The position numbers and the translations under genes are program-made. DNA of 64,000 bases from Spirochaetia bacterium (GTDB taxonomy: Bacteria; Spirochaetota; Spirochaetia; UBA9216), in contig OY776510.1 in assembly GCA_963675665.1 (NCBI GenBank), forward strand, positions 2,848,001 to 2,912,000, in the 5' to 3' direction. The notes below the pieces were generated by a model. It searched no databases, was not told where the DNA came from, and saw only the letters and a list, made by a program, of their open reading frames with translations. Of the stretch, positions 20,255 through 29,435 are shown piece by piece; within the stretch, counting starts at the first letter, position 1; each line of letters opens with the position of its first letter.

Positions 20255-21118
20255 GTGAGCAACAGGGAAATAATTTATCAATCGCTCTCAATTATGGAAA
20301 ACAATCTTAAAACTGAAATGAGTATTCAGGAAGTTTCCGACAGGCTCGGTTTCTCTGTTTATTATTTTATCCGGTTATTCAGGGGAGTAACCGGGTATTC
20401 ACCTAAATCTTATTTTCTTAAGCGGAAGATAACGGAAGCCGCGTTTGAAATTATGAATGATGATAAAAAGATAATTGATATAGCTTTTGACTATGGTTTC
20501 GGCAGCCCCGAATCGTTCTCCAGGGCTTTTCAGAAACAGGTTGGTTTTAATCCGAGCCGGCTGAAAACAGGCAGCCGAATTGCTTCAGAAGCCTTGTGCT
20601 CGCCGCTTACCGCGGAGAAACTGGAACATATCAGGAATATTCCGTATAAAGAACCTGAACTGGTTGATTTTGGTCCGCTGTCGCTTATCGGTATGCCGTT
20701 GTATTATAACTCGGAAATGCCTGAAGATCTTTCCGCACCGTGGCATGCTTTTGAAAAGAATATAAATACAATAAGCGGTCGGGTTGTGCCGGAAAAATAC
20801 TACCAGGTACAGTACTGGTTTCCAAACCAGGATTACGGATCAGTTTTCTTTTTTCTTGCAATCGAGGTTGTTCCGGGCGGAGATATTCCGATTCAGTTTT
20901 CAGCTAAAACCCTTCCTGCGCAGAAATATCTCAGGTTCTATCACCGGGGATTGTCGAATAAAGTGGGACTTACATATGAATACATATATAATACCTATCT
21001 TCCCGATACCGACTACAAGCTTCCGCATTGTTTCAACTTTGAATACTACCCGCCGGACCACAAGGGACCGTACAATGAAGAATCTGTAAGCGAGATCTAT
21101 ATTCCTGTGACAATATGA
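20255..21118 (+). CDS. AraC-family regulator with C-terminal GyrI-like effector domain
   Basis: N-terminal HTH (IIDIAFDYGFGSPESFSRAF) and C-terminal GyrI-like region (YIYNTYLP...EIYIPV). GTG start after GGAG. Confidence 0.9.
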   Translation: MSNREIIYQSLSIMENNLKTEMSIQEVSDRLGFSVYYFIRLFRGVTGYSPKSYFLKRKITEAAFEIMNDDKKIIDIAFDYGFGSPESFSRAFQKQVGFNPSRLKTGSRIASEALCSPLTAEKLEHIRNIPYKEPELVDFGPLSLIGMPLYYNSEMPEDLSAPWHAFEKNINTISGRVVPEKYYQVQYWFPNQDYGSVFFFLAIEVVPGGDIPIQFSAKTLPAQKYLRFYHRGLSNKVGLTYEYIYNTYLPDTDYKLPHCFNFEYYPPDHKGPYNEESVSEIYIPVTI

Positions 21119-21139
21119 TTTGAAATGATATAATGAGCC

Positions 21140-21577
21140 ATGAATCCTGAAATAGTACTGGTACTTATTGTCCTTGCCGCTGTAGTTCTGATTTTTATAG
21201 CCTTCCGGTTGGGCCGTGTCTCCGGACGCCGGGCCGAAGAACGGGACTGGGAAAAAAATAAAATTGAGAGTATTGTCCGCGACAGAATAAAGCGTTCCCG
21301 TGCGGTTCTCGGCGGGCAGTTTTCTGAACAGCTGGCGCCATACCTTCCTGATTTTCCCTACAATCCCAATGAATGCCGGTTTATAGGTAAGCCTATAGAT
21401 CTGCTTGTTTTCAGGGGAATGGATGACGGGCGTATTGACGAGATTGTTTTTGTAGAAATTAAAAGCGGCAGGGCAAAAAATCTTTCGAAAACAGAAAGAC
21501 TGCTGCGTGATGCTGTAAACGAAGGCCGGGTAAGCTGGCGTCAGTATGATGTTCCGGACAGTATTGTTCGGCGGTAG
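21140..21577 (+). CDS. Membrane-anchored endonuclease related to archaeal Holliday junction resolvase
   Basis: N-terminal TM, then SRAVLGGQFSEQLAPYLPDF and RFIGKPIDLLVF...FVEIKSG, a PD-(D/E)xK motif. Confidence 0.85.
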   Translation: MNPEIVLVLIVLAAVVLIFIAFRLGRVSGRRAEERDWEKNKIESIVRDRIKRSRAVLGGQFSEQLAPYLPDFPYNPNECRFIGKPIDLLVFRGMDDGRIDEIVFVEIKSGRAKNLSKTERLLRDAVNEGRVSWRQYDVPDSIVRR

Positions 21578-21587
21578 CTAAAAATAC

Positions 21588-21613
21588 AATCCCCGCATTA
21601 TGCAGGGATTTTT
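21588..21613. terminator. Probable terminator between convergent genes
   Basis: AATCCCCGCA-TTA-TGCAGGGATT-TTT. Confidence 0.55.
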
Positions 21614-21628
21614 AACAAAAAGTCATTG

Positions 21629-22600
21629 CTATTTAAAAATTTGAAAGGAAGTACTATCAGTGGGTTTTCCACCGATAGAAGCCCTTATTGTTGCTATACC
21701 TTCAGCCTCGAACGCTGAAGCTACCTTGTCCTGAAGTTCTTTTCCGGGAGTAAGCGCAACCATGTATCCGCCTCTTCCGCCTCCTGTAACTTTTGCTCCG
21801 TATGCACCCAGTGAGTTTGCAGTATCACATAAATCGATCAATTTATTATGTGACAAACCCATGTCAATGAGTATCCTGTGATTTTCATTCATGATAAGAC
21901 CGGTTTTTTTCAGATCTCCTTTTGACAGAGCATGTTCCAGAGCTTCTACCTGTGTTTTGATCTTGTTAAGACGTTCATTGAATAATGCCGGATTATCATC
22001 TTCCTGTTTTTCAAGAAAGCCCTTGAGCGAGGCTGTATTGGATGTTACTCCGCTGTTGCCGAGAACAATTTCAACCGGTTCAAAAAGATCAATTCTCTTA
22101 AATTGTTTAATACCGTCTTTTATCTGATATTTAATTACTCCGCCGTAGGTCGAAACTGTATTGTCAAGACCGCTCGGAAGTCCGTGATAACCGAATTCGC
22201 CTTCCCAGGCAATGTGATTAATATCAAGTATATCCATGCCCAGATCAAACGCCTTGTTGCATGCTCTGGCAAATGATACGCAGATTGCCGCACTGGCGCC
22301 AACTCCGCTTCCGGCGAGCAGATCGCCTGCAACCGTTATTTTTATCGGATTTTTATCAAGATCCAATCCCATTACCTTGACCATTCTGTTGAATGACACA
22401 TTGCTGTCATCTTCTTTGGCTTTTTTATAGCCGGGGACCTCAATTCTGTTGTCTTCAAGAAACCAGCCCTTTCCCGAGTCAAGTTTTTCAACTGTACACT
22501 CTGTTTCAAAAGGTATCGCAGACAGAATTGCCGGGACCTCCCAGAGTACAAACTGATCTCCGATTAAAATAGTCTTGCCGTAACCCTTTCCGGTATTCAT
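21629..22600 (-). CDS. Mevalonate-kinase-like GHMP kinase
   Basis: GKTILIGDQFV, GSGVGASAA (GHMP loop), HGLPSGLDN and GAKVTGGGRGG. Confidence 0.8.
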   Translation of the reverse strand: MNTGKGYGKTILIGDQFVLWEVPAILSAIPFETECTVEKLDSGKGWFLEDNRIEVPGYKKAKEDDSNVSFNRMVKVMGLDLDKNPIKITVAGDLLAGSGVGASAAICVSFARACNKAFDLGMDILDINHIAWEGEFGYHGLPSGLDNTVSTYGGVIKYQIKDGIKQFKRIDLFEPVEIVLGNSGVTSNTASLKGFLEKQEDDNPALFNERLNKIKTQVEALEHALSKGDLKKTGLIMNENHRILIDMGLSHNKLIDLCDTANSLGAYGAKVTGGGRGGYMVALTPGKELQDKVASAFEAEGIATIRASIGGKPTDSTSFQIFK

Positions 22601-23826
22601 ACCAAATCCCCCTCATTTGCTAAAAGTTTTTCAATTTCATCTATAAGTTCCTGTTCCTGTCCCTTCCTTATTGTCGTCGCGGCAGAAAGCCTGTGACATG
22701 CATCGGAGAAACCTCCGATTTTTTCTGTGGCCGCCGGAAGGAAGCTGTTTAATCCCCTGATTTCGCTGTTCCGGATTTTCATTACCAGATATTCTGAAAC
22801 CCGCATGGAGATTTTTGTTGAATTAAATTCTATTTCGCCGAATCCGGGAACAAAATCCGGTATCTGCTGAAATCCTGCAAGATACTTTTTCCTGTCGACA
22901 AATTCGGCATCTTTTATTTCCGTGAGGAACACGCCTATCATTTTGATGCCCATAGGCGAAAATCTGTTTTCAACATTGAGCCACTGCAGATTCTTTGTCG
23001 TTATTAAATTGTTTTTGATATTTTTAATCTCATTCATAAATATTTTATTTTTGACGGAATCAAGTTTCTCTGCATAAAGTGTAATATCAGGTGTTAATCC
23101 GCCGTTGCAGACTTGAATCCCGGCTGAAACACCATCTTCATAATAACCGACTCCCCCGAGAGTATCCAAAGTTTTACAGATATTTTCGGCTTCATACTCT
23201 TTTCCCCCCAATAAAATAAAATATTCCTCTCCGGTTGATTTTATTTCCGTTCTGATTACATTGAGGTCTTCTGCTTCTTGAAGTATTTGTCTGTTAATTC
23301 CGGATAACGCACCGTTAACAAAAAAACCGTCGCCTATAGCTCCCAGAACTCCCAAATGCGGCATGGGATTAGACTTTAAGCTGAACAACCTGTACATTGT
23401 TTTAGCAAAAAGATAGCAGGTTGCTGATGCGGAGATATCCTGATCCCCTTTAAGATTGAAGAATTCTCCATCAAGATTAAAAACATGGTTATCGCTTACC
23501 GGTTCAGCAGGGTGATGATCCAGGATTAAGACAAGGTTTCTTTTATTATTCAATTGTGAAATAAGCGGAGCGATCTTTCCCGCGAAATCTGAAAAAACGA
23601 TAATCTGATTACTTTCTAAAAATACTTTTTCCAATATCTGCGGATAAGGTTTTTCAAGCGGATAGTGTGACACTTTATAACCTACCGCCGAGAATGCATT
23701 GATAAGTATGGTTCCGGAGCTTATTCCGTCGGTATCATTATGATGAAATAAAAGAATCTCCTTTGCGGGATAATTCTGTAATACAGTTATGGCTTCTTCC
23801 ATAGTGCTTATAAAATCATTTATCAT
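22597..23826 (-). CDS. DHH-family phosphoesterase
   Basis: HHNDTDGISS, FSDF, ILDHH and GAIGD motifs, with a DHHA1-like C-terminus. Confidence 0.8.
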   Translation of the reverse strand: MINDFISTMEEAITVLQNYPAKEILLFHHNDTDGISSGTILINAFSAVGYKVSHYPLEKPYPQILEKVFLESNQIIVFSDFAGKIAPLISQLNNKRNLVLILDHHPAEPVSDNHVFNLDGEFFNLKGDQDISASATCYLFAKTMYRLFSLKSNPMPHLGVLGAIGDGFFVNGALSGINRQILQEAEDLNVIRTEIKSTGEEYFILLGGKEYEAENICKTLDTLGGVGYYEDGVSAGIQVCNGGLTPDITLYAEKLDSVKNKIFMNEIKNIKNNLITTKNLQWLNVENRFSPMGIKMIGVFLTEIKDAEFVDRKKYLAGFQQIPDFVPGFGEIEFNSTKISMRVSEYLVMKIRNSEIRGLNSFLPAATEKIGGFSDACHRLSAATTIRKGQEQELIDEIEKLLANEGDLV

Positions 23827-23859
23827 ATCTTCTCCAGACAATACTTGTTATCCTGTTGT

Positions 23860-23909
23860 GTGAACGCTAACGAACATTATAGTATCATTATATGAACGTT
23901 TGCAACCAA
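23860..23909. promoter_or_regulatory. Degenerate DeoR/GlpR-type operator sites in the divergent promoter region
   Basis: GTGAACG-CTAA-CGAACAT (23860-23877) and ATGAACG-TTTG-CAACCAA (23892-23909) resemble the perfect palindrome at 24870. Confidence 0.55.
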
Positions 23910-23959
23910 AAAATAAACTTGTTATTGATTATTGGCTTTTTGATAGTTATAATACTGAA

Positions 23960-24763
23960 ATGATGAACTCAGATCAGTCAAAACTGTCAAAATCACAAAC
24001 TGCCAGGCAGCAGAGAATTATGGAATTGCTTCAACGGGACGGTTATGTTCGTGTTCTGGAATTAAGTAATATTCTGGATGTGGCTGAGATCACCATCAGA
24101 AGAGATCTTGCATTAATGGAAACAAGAAATCTGTTGGAAAGAACTCATGGCGGTGCAATTTCAGTTAAACATATTCATCATGAAATAAATTATAACAGCA
24201 GATCTGATCTTGAACTGGAAAACAAGGATTTGATAGCAAAGACAGCTGCTGAATTAATTGAAGACGGTGATACTGTATTTATTAATGGCGGATCAACGAC
24301 CTTTCATATTTTCAGGTATATAAAAGCTAAAAATGTAAAGATTGTAACTATCAATGCAGGTGCGCTCGGCCAGGTTGATAATCCGGATATCGATTTAATT
24401 CTGGCGGGGGGATTATTTCATTCCCAGTCTAATGCCTTTTACGGCGGTTTTACAAATGATATTCTTAATCAGGTCATTGCAAACAAGGCAATTCTCGGTG
24501 TTCACGGTATAAGTTGCCGTTATGGTCTCACGACTCCAATACAATATGCTGCAGAAACAACAAAAATAATGATGGATCGTACACGCGGTGAAATTATCGT
24601 AGTAGCGGATCACCGGAAATTAGGACTTGTTTCCGACTTCGTCACAGCCCCTGTAAACAGAATTAATACCCTGATTACGGACCAGTTTCAGGATGAAGAA
24701 TATATCAGGGATTTTGAAGAATTGGGCATAAAGGTGATTCAGACAAGAGCGTTATCGAAATAA
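23960..24763 (+). CDS. DeoR/GlpR-family transcriptional repressor
   Basis: RQQRIMELL...VAEITIRRDL...RTHGGA HTH, VFINGGSTT and VVADHRK. Confidence 0.93.
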   Translation: MMNSDQSKLSKSQTARQQRIMELLQRDGYVRVLELSNILDVAEITIRRDLALMETRNLLERTHGGAISVKHIHHEINYNSRSDLELENKDLIAKTAAELIEDGDTVFINGGSTTFHIFRYIKAKNVKIVTINAGALGQVDNPDIDLILAGGLFHSQSNAFYGGFTNDILNQVIANKAILGVHGISCRYGLTTPIQYAAETTKIMMDRTRGEIIVVADHRKLGLVSDFVTAPVNRINTLITDQFQDEEYIRDFEELGIKVIQTRALSK

Positions 24764-24832
24764 TGTTTTGATTGATATAAACCAAGAAACCTTATAAATA
24801 TGTACTAAAACAATCACATTGATAATAAATAT

Positions 24833-24887
24833 TTGACATATCCATTTTATTAGGTTAATCTGTCAATATATGTTCGCAAACGAACAT
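24833..24887 (+). promoter_or_regulatory. TRAP operon promoter with palindromic operator at the start site
   Basis: TTGACA (24833)-17 nt-TAATCT (24856), followed by the perfect palindrome ATGTTCG-CAAA-CGAACAT (24870-24887). Confidence 0.75.
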
Positions 24888-24937
24888 TTACGACAATTCT
24901 TTATTTAAAGAACGACCAAAATTATCAGGAGGATTTG

Positions 24938-25960
24938 ATGATGAAAAGAAGAATGTTGATTGTTTTAAGTATTGTATTACTTTCAACAATGATGGTTTTT
25001 GCCGGGGGACAACAGGAGGCGAAAACAGACGCTGGTGATGATTACAAACTTGTCCTCAAACTAAGTCATGTCTTCAGTCCTGCGGAGCAGTTGACAAAAT
25101 CAATGGATGCAGTAGCTGAAAGTATTTATGAAAAAACTGACGGTGCAATTGAAATTCAAACATTCCCGCAGGCTCAGCTTCCTGCTTATAAGGAAGGTGT
25201 TGAACAGGTCGTCAGGGGTGCTGACTTTATATCTGTTGAAGACCCTTCATTTATAGGCGATTATGTTCCGGATTTCAAAGCCCTCTATGCGCCGATGCTT
25301 TACAGAAGCTTCGATGAATATGTTGCACTTACAAGAACAGCGCTTGTTAAAGACATGATGGCCCAGGCTGAAGAACAGGGAATAAAGATCCTTGCGCTTG
25401 ACTACATTTATGGTTTTCGGAATGTTATTACAAATAAAATTGTAAGAACCCCGGCTGACCTGGAAGGAGTGAAACTCCGGACACCGGGTTCAAAGTCTTA
25501 TATCGATACTCTTTCGGCTATGGGTGCAATTGCAACACCGCTTCCCTGGGGCGAAACCCTTTCTGCTGTACAGCAGGGTGTTGTAGACGGACTCGAAGGT
25601 TCCGAGTTTACAAATCTGGGAACCAAGGTGTATGAGGGCCCGACAAAAAATGTTGCTGAAACCAGACATATTCTGGGAACCTGCGGTGTGTATATTTCGA
25701 CTGATGTATGGGCTTCAATTCCTGAAAAGTATCGAACAATTATTCAGGAGGAATTTACAAAGGGCGCAAATGATATGGTAAGTCTTCTTAAATCACAGCA
25801 TGGAGATGTTAAAAAAGAACTTGAATCATACGGCGTTAAATTCAATGAGGTTGACGGAGAGGCCTTCAGAAAAGCCCTTGCTCCGCTTTATGCAGAGCAG
25901 GAAGGTATGACTCCCGGAATTTTTAATTCAATATTTGCTGAATTGGATTCCATGCGTTAA
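24938..25960 (+). CDS. dctP: TRAP transporter substrate-binding protein
   Basis: Signal peptide, YGFRNV, DLEGVKLRTP and VQQGVVDGLE. Confidence 0.93.
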   Translation: MMKRRMLIVLSIVLLSTMMVFAGGQQEAKTDAGDDYKLVLKLSHVFSPAEQLTKSMDAVAESIYEKTDGAIEIQTFPQAQLPAYKEGVEQVVRGADFISVEDPSFIGDYVPDFKALYAPMLYRSFDEYVALTRTALVKDMMAQAEEQGIKILALDYIYGFRNVITNKIVRTPADLEGVKLRTPGSKSYIDTLSAMGAIATPLPWGETLSAVQQGVVDGLEGSEFTNLGTKVYEGPTKNVAETRHILGTCGVYISTDVWASIPEKYRTIIQEEFTKGANDMVSLLKSQHGDVKKELESYGVKFNEVDGEAFRKALAPLYAEQEGMTPGIFNSIFAELDSMR

Positions 25961-25977
25961 AATATCTTTATATAAAA

Positions 25978-26005
25978 GGCGTATAGATTATAAACTCTAT
26001 ACGCC
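25978..26005 (+). other. Intergenic hairpin after dctP (mRNA stabiliser or partial terminator)
   Basis: GGCGTATAGA-TTATAAAC-TCTATACGCC. Confidence 0.55.
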
Positions 26006-26029
26006 AATCCTGTTATTTACGGAAAAAAA

Positions 26030-26539
26030 ATGACTTTATTATTAAAAAAATTACTTCCTAATGTAGAAGTAATAATAAGCGCCGCTTTTTTATCAGTTAC
26101 AGTTCTTGTTGTTATTATAAATGTTGTTTTGAGGTATCTTTTTCACAGCGGCTTGTTCTGGGTTGAGGAAGTTGCTACTACCTGCTTTATCTGGAGTATT
26201 TTTATCGGTTCTGCTGCAGCTTATAAATATAAAATACACATTGGTATAGATTTAATTACAAAACTCTTCCCGGAAAAGGCAAGGGAACTGGTTTCAATTA
26301 TAATAAATTTCTTAATGTTCGTCATAAATGGTTATATAACATATTTAAGCACACTGTTTATAAATGCAAACAGGTTAAAAAGAACTCCGGTTCTGGATAT
26401 TCCTGCAATATACGTTAATCTGGCAATTACTGTCGGGTTTGGTCTTATGACACTTTATGCACTGAGGTTTGTTATAATTGAGGGGAAGCTTTTTTTCAGC
26501 ACTTCCGCGACTGCAGAATCAACAGAGAAAGTAAAGTAA
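26030..26539 (+). CDS. dctQ: TRAP transporter small permease
   Basis: 4 TM segments, VVLRY...WVEEV...HIGID. Confidence 0.92.
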   Translation: MTLLLKKLLPNVEVIISAAFLSVTVLVVIINVVLRYLFHSGLFWVEEVATTCFIWSIFIGSAAAYKYKIHIGIDLITKLFPEKARELVSIIINFLMFVINGYITYLSTLFINANRLKRTPVLDIPAIYVNLAITVGFGLMTLYALRFVIIEGKLFFSTSATAESTEKVK

Positions 26540-26549
26540 GGATATTAAT

Positions 26550-27830
26550 ATGTCAATTTTTCCAATAGTAATAGTAATGGTATTGTATTTTTCAAGTATT
26601 CCCATTGCTTTTGCACTTCTTGCGGCTGCCCTGGCTTATTTTACTTTCGGAGATGTGGGGACACCTCCGGATCTGATTCTGCAGAAATTCATAACAGCGT
26701 CATCATCTTTTCCGCTGCTGGCTGTGCCGTTCTTTATTATGATGGGTGAGATAATGAACTTTTCAGGAATAAGTTCAAGCCTGATGAAAATGGCTGATGT
26801 GCTCACCGGTCATATGAAGGGAGGTCTGGCGCAGGTTAATGTCGTATTAAGCACCATGATGGGAGGGATCTCAGGATCAGCTAATGCCGATGCTGCAATG
26901 CAGTCCAAAATCCTTGTGCCTGAAATGGAAAAAAGAGGGTACGGCAAGGCTTTCTCAACTGCAATTACAGCTGCTTCTTCATCTATTGCTCCTGTTATTC
27001 CTCCAGGGATTAATCTTATAATTTATGCTTTGATTGCACGGGCGTCTGTGGCCAAGATGTTTATCGGCGGTTATGTACCTGGACTTCTTATGTGTATTGC
27101 CCTGATGGTCACGGTTTATATTATTTCCAGTAAAAGGGGTTATAAACCGACAAGGGAAAAAATGTCGTCCCCTGGCAATATCTTCAAGCAATTAAAAGAG
27201 TCCATATGGGCATTATTACTTCCTTTCGGAATCATTCTGGGAATACGGTTCGGTATTTTTACACCTACTGAGGCAGGCGCTATAGCTGTGCTTTTTTGTA
27301 CTTTTGTAGGCGTCTTTTTCTATAAAAAGCTGAAATGGAAGCATCTTCCGATCATTTTGAAAAATACTGTTTATTCAACAAGCTCTGTTGTTTTAATAAT
27401 TGTTGCAGCTTCTGTTTTCGGACAATATATGGCCTGGGAAAGAATTCCGTATGAACTGACGAAATCTCTGATTTCTTTATCTGAATCGCCATGGCTTATG
27501 CTGGTAGTAATCAATATATTTCTGCTTTTACTGGGAATGTTTCTTGAGGGAGGGGCGGTTCTTATTATAGTAGCTCCGCTTCTGGTCCCTGTAATAAGTT
27601 CGATGGGTATTGATGTAATTCATTTCGGTCTTATATTAATTGTTAATATTATGATAGGCGGAATCACACCTCCCTTCGGTTCCATGATGTTCACCACATG
27701 TTCGATTACTAAAGTACAAATCGGAGATTTTATGAGGGAGGTATGGCCGTTTATTATTGCCCTGATTATTGTACTTATAATAGTTACTTACATTCCTTCA
27801 ATTGTGTTGTTTCTTCCCAATCTTTTATAG
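26550..27830 (+). CDS. dctM: TRAP transporter large permease
   Basis: FPLLAVPFF, GGISGSANADAA, IPPG, FTPTEAGA and ITPPFG. Confidence 0.95.
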   Translation: MSIFPIVIVMVLYFSSIPIAFALLAAALAYFTFGDVGTPPDLILQKFITASSSFPLLAVPFFIMMGEIMNFSGISSSLMKMADVLTGHMKGGLAQVNVVLSTMMGGISGSANADAAMQSKILVPEMEKRGYGKAFSTAITAASSSIAPVIPPGINLIIYALIARASVAKMFIGGYVPGLLMCIALMVTVYIISSKRGYKPTREKMSSPGNIFKQLKESIWALLLPFGIILGIRFGIFTPTEAGAIAVLFCTFVGVFFYKKLKWKHLPIILKNTVYSTSSVVLIIVAASVFGQYMAWERIPYELTKSLISLSESPWLMLVVINIFLLLLGMFLEGGAVLIIVAPLLVPVISSMGIDVIHFGLILIVNIMIGGITPPFGSMMFTTCSITKVQIGDFMREVWPFIIALIIVLIIVTYIPSIVLFLPNLL

Positions 27831-27853
27831 AAGGATAAAACCGGCTGTAACAG

Positions 27854-28708
27854 TTATTTAATGTTCCGGAGAATAAGAAAGCAGAATATATAATTTATCA
27901 GGGTTGCGGCCGGGAAGACTGCAAATTCTGCCGGATTTACCTCGATACCGTTCAGTTTCATAAGAATTGCCATCATTGTTACAGCAGAAAACAGGGTGGC
28001 TCCTTTCAGCACAATAACCGTCGACAGGGCGTAGCCTATATTCAGCTTTAAAAACAATGCGGTTGCAGCAATAAGCGTTGCAGGAACAATGATTCCCAGA
28101 TCCATCGCCTGTATAACCAGTGTTGTATAGGATTCAAGTCCGACCGGGGCTGTGCCGGTTCCAATCGTCGGAATAATTCTTGCAAGCCACATGAACAGCA
28201 GCATTATTCCAATAAAGATAAAGAATATTCCGGTGCTGCGACGGGGAAAACCCGGTTTTATGTGTGATTTGATTTTATTTATATCCAGATCAATAAGCGA
28301 AAGAATAAATCCGAAAAGCGATAATGAGAAGAGCAAAACATATATCAAAAAAATATTGTTATAAGTCATAAGAAATGCATATGACATATACGTATAAAGA
28401 AAGTAGCCGAGGGTTCCGGTAAGCAAAAGCCTGCCTCTGTAACTTTCCTTAACCGCCATCAGCAGCGATATTACCAGCAGCGGGATTCCTGTGACAAGCG
28501 TAACCCAATCCTGGGCTATAGCCTGAACGGCGTACGAATGGGATTCCCGCTGATACAATCCCCGACCATGTATTTCAATTTCTTCACCCCATTGGGACAT
28601 TATTGTATATGATTTGCCTTCTCCGGGGATTATTGCGGTGATACATACTGCCGCCGACAGTACGATAACCATTATTGTTATTGCTGTTATGATTTTCATG
28701 TGTTTCAT
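27854..28708 (-). CDS. Multi-pass membrane protein of unknown function
   Basis: About 8 TM segments, with its start overlapping the TetR stop. Confidence 0.75.
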   Translation of the reverse strand: MKHMKIITAITIMVIVLSAAVCITAIIPGEGKSYTIMSQWGEEIEIHGRGLYQRESHSYAVQAIAQDWVTLVTGIPLLVISLLMAVKESYRGRLLLTGTLGYFLYTYMSYAFLMTYNNIFLIYVLLFSLSLFGFILSLIDLDINKIKSHIKPGFPRRSTGIFFIFIGIMLLFMWLARIIPTIGTGTAPVGLESYTTLVIQAMDLGIIVPATLIAATALFLKLNIGYALSTVIVLKGATLFSAVTMMAILMKLNGIEVNPAEFAVFPAATLINYIFCFLILRNIK

Positions 28709-29292
28709 GTTAATCCTCGTAAAATAATATCTGTATAAAGCTCAATATAATTCTGAATTTCAGGCTCGCCGAGATGCGGGCCTTTATTTATAAGCATAAC
28801 CGATGTGCTTCGCAGTGAGCCGAGTAAAATTTCAACTGATTTCTCGGTGTCATTTTTCAGTTCCGTTTTTACACATTTCTTCAATATATGCGAGAGAAGT
28901 TCTGATAATCTCTTTTCTGATTCGGACGGCATGTGACGGGAGCTGTTGATTCCCTGAATAACGGCTTTGTAAAACGACGGATTTGAAAGTGCATTCCTGA
29001 TATGACGGTTAATCATTGATCTGAAAAAATCGGCCGATTCGATGTTTTGTCTGCTTGCGAGTGTCATTACTTCAACGGTTTCGGAGAAAACATTTTCGAT
29101 AATTGCATGCAGCAGATCTTCCTTGTTTTTGAAATACAGATAAATGGTCCGTGGAGAATAATCAATGGACTCGGCAAGCAGCCTTATTGTAAACCGGCTG
29201 TAGCCTTTTTCCATGATAATGCCGATTGCTTTTTCTATAATAAGGGTTTTCAGATTTTCCTTATGTTTTTGTTTTCTGCTTTCAGTACTCAT
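28705..29292 (-). CDS. TetR/AcrR-family regulator
   Basis: GYSRFTIRLLAESIDYSPRTIYLYFKNKEDL HTH. Confidence 0.92.
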   Translation of the reverse strand: MSTESRKQKHKENLKTLIIEKAIGIIMEKGYSRFTIRLLAESIDYSPRTIYLYFKNKEDLLHAIIENVFSETVEVMTLASRQNIESADFFRSMINRHIRNALSNPSFYKAVIQGINSSRHMPSESEKRLSELLSHILKKCVKTELKNDTEKSVEILLGSLRSTSVMLINKGPHLGEPEIQNYIELYTDIILRGLT

Positions 29293-29322
29293 AAAATCCT
29301 TTTGTAAAACAAATTGCTAAAG

Positions 29323-29376
29323 TAAACAATGTATATTTAATAAACAATGTATATTTAATAAACAATGTATACATAA
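29323..29376. repeat. Triple 18-bp tandem repeat, likely TetR operator array
   Basis: TAAACAATGTATATTTAA twice plus TAAACAATGTATACATAA. Each unit holds the near-palindrome TAAACA-A-TGTATA. Confidence 0.75.
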
Positions 29377-29435
29377 ATTAATATTTTGTCAAGCTGCTTG
29401 ATAACATACTGCTGTTTGTATATTCTACCGGGGTT

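Noticed and set aside
29323-29376. Tandem repeats as a CRISPR array
   Set aside because: The units are 18 bp and contiguous, with no spacers and no cas genes in the window.
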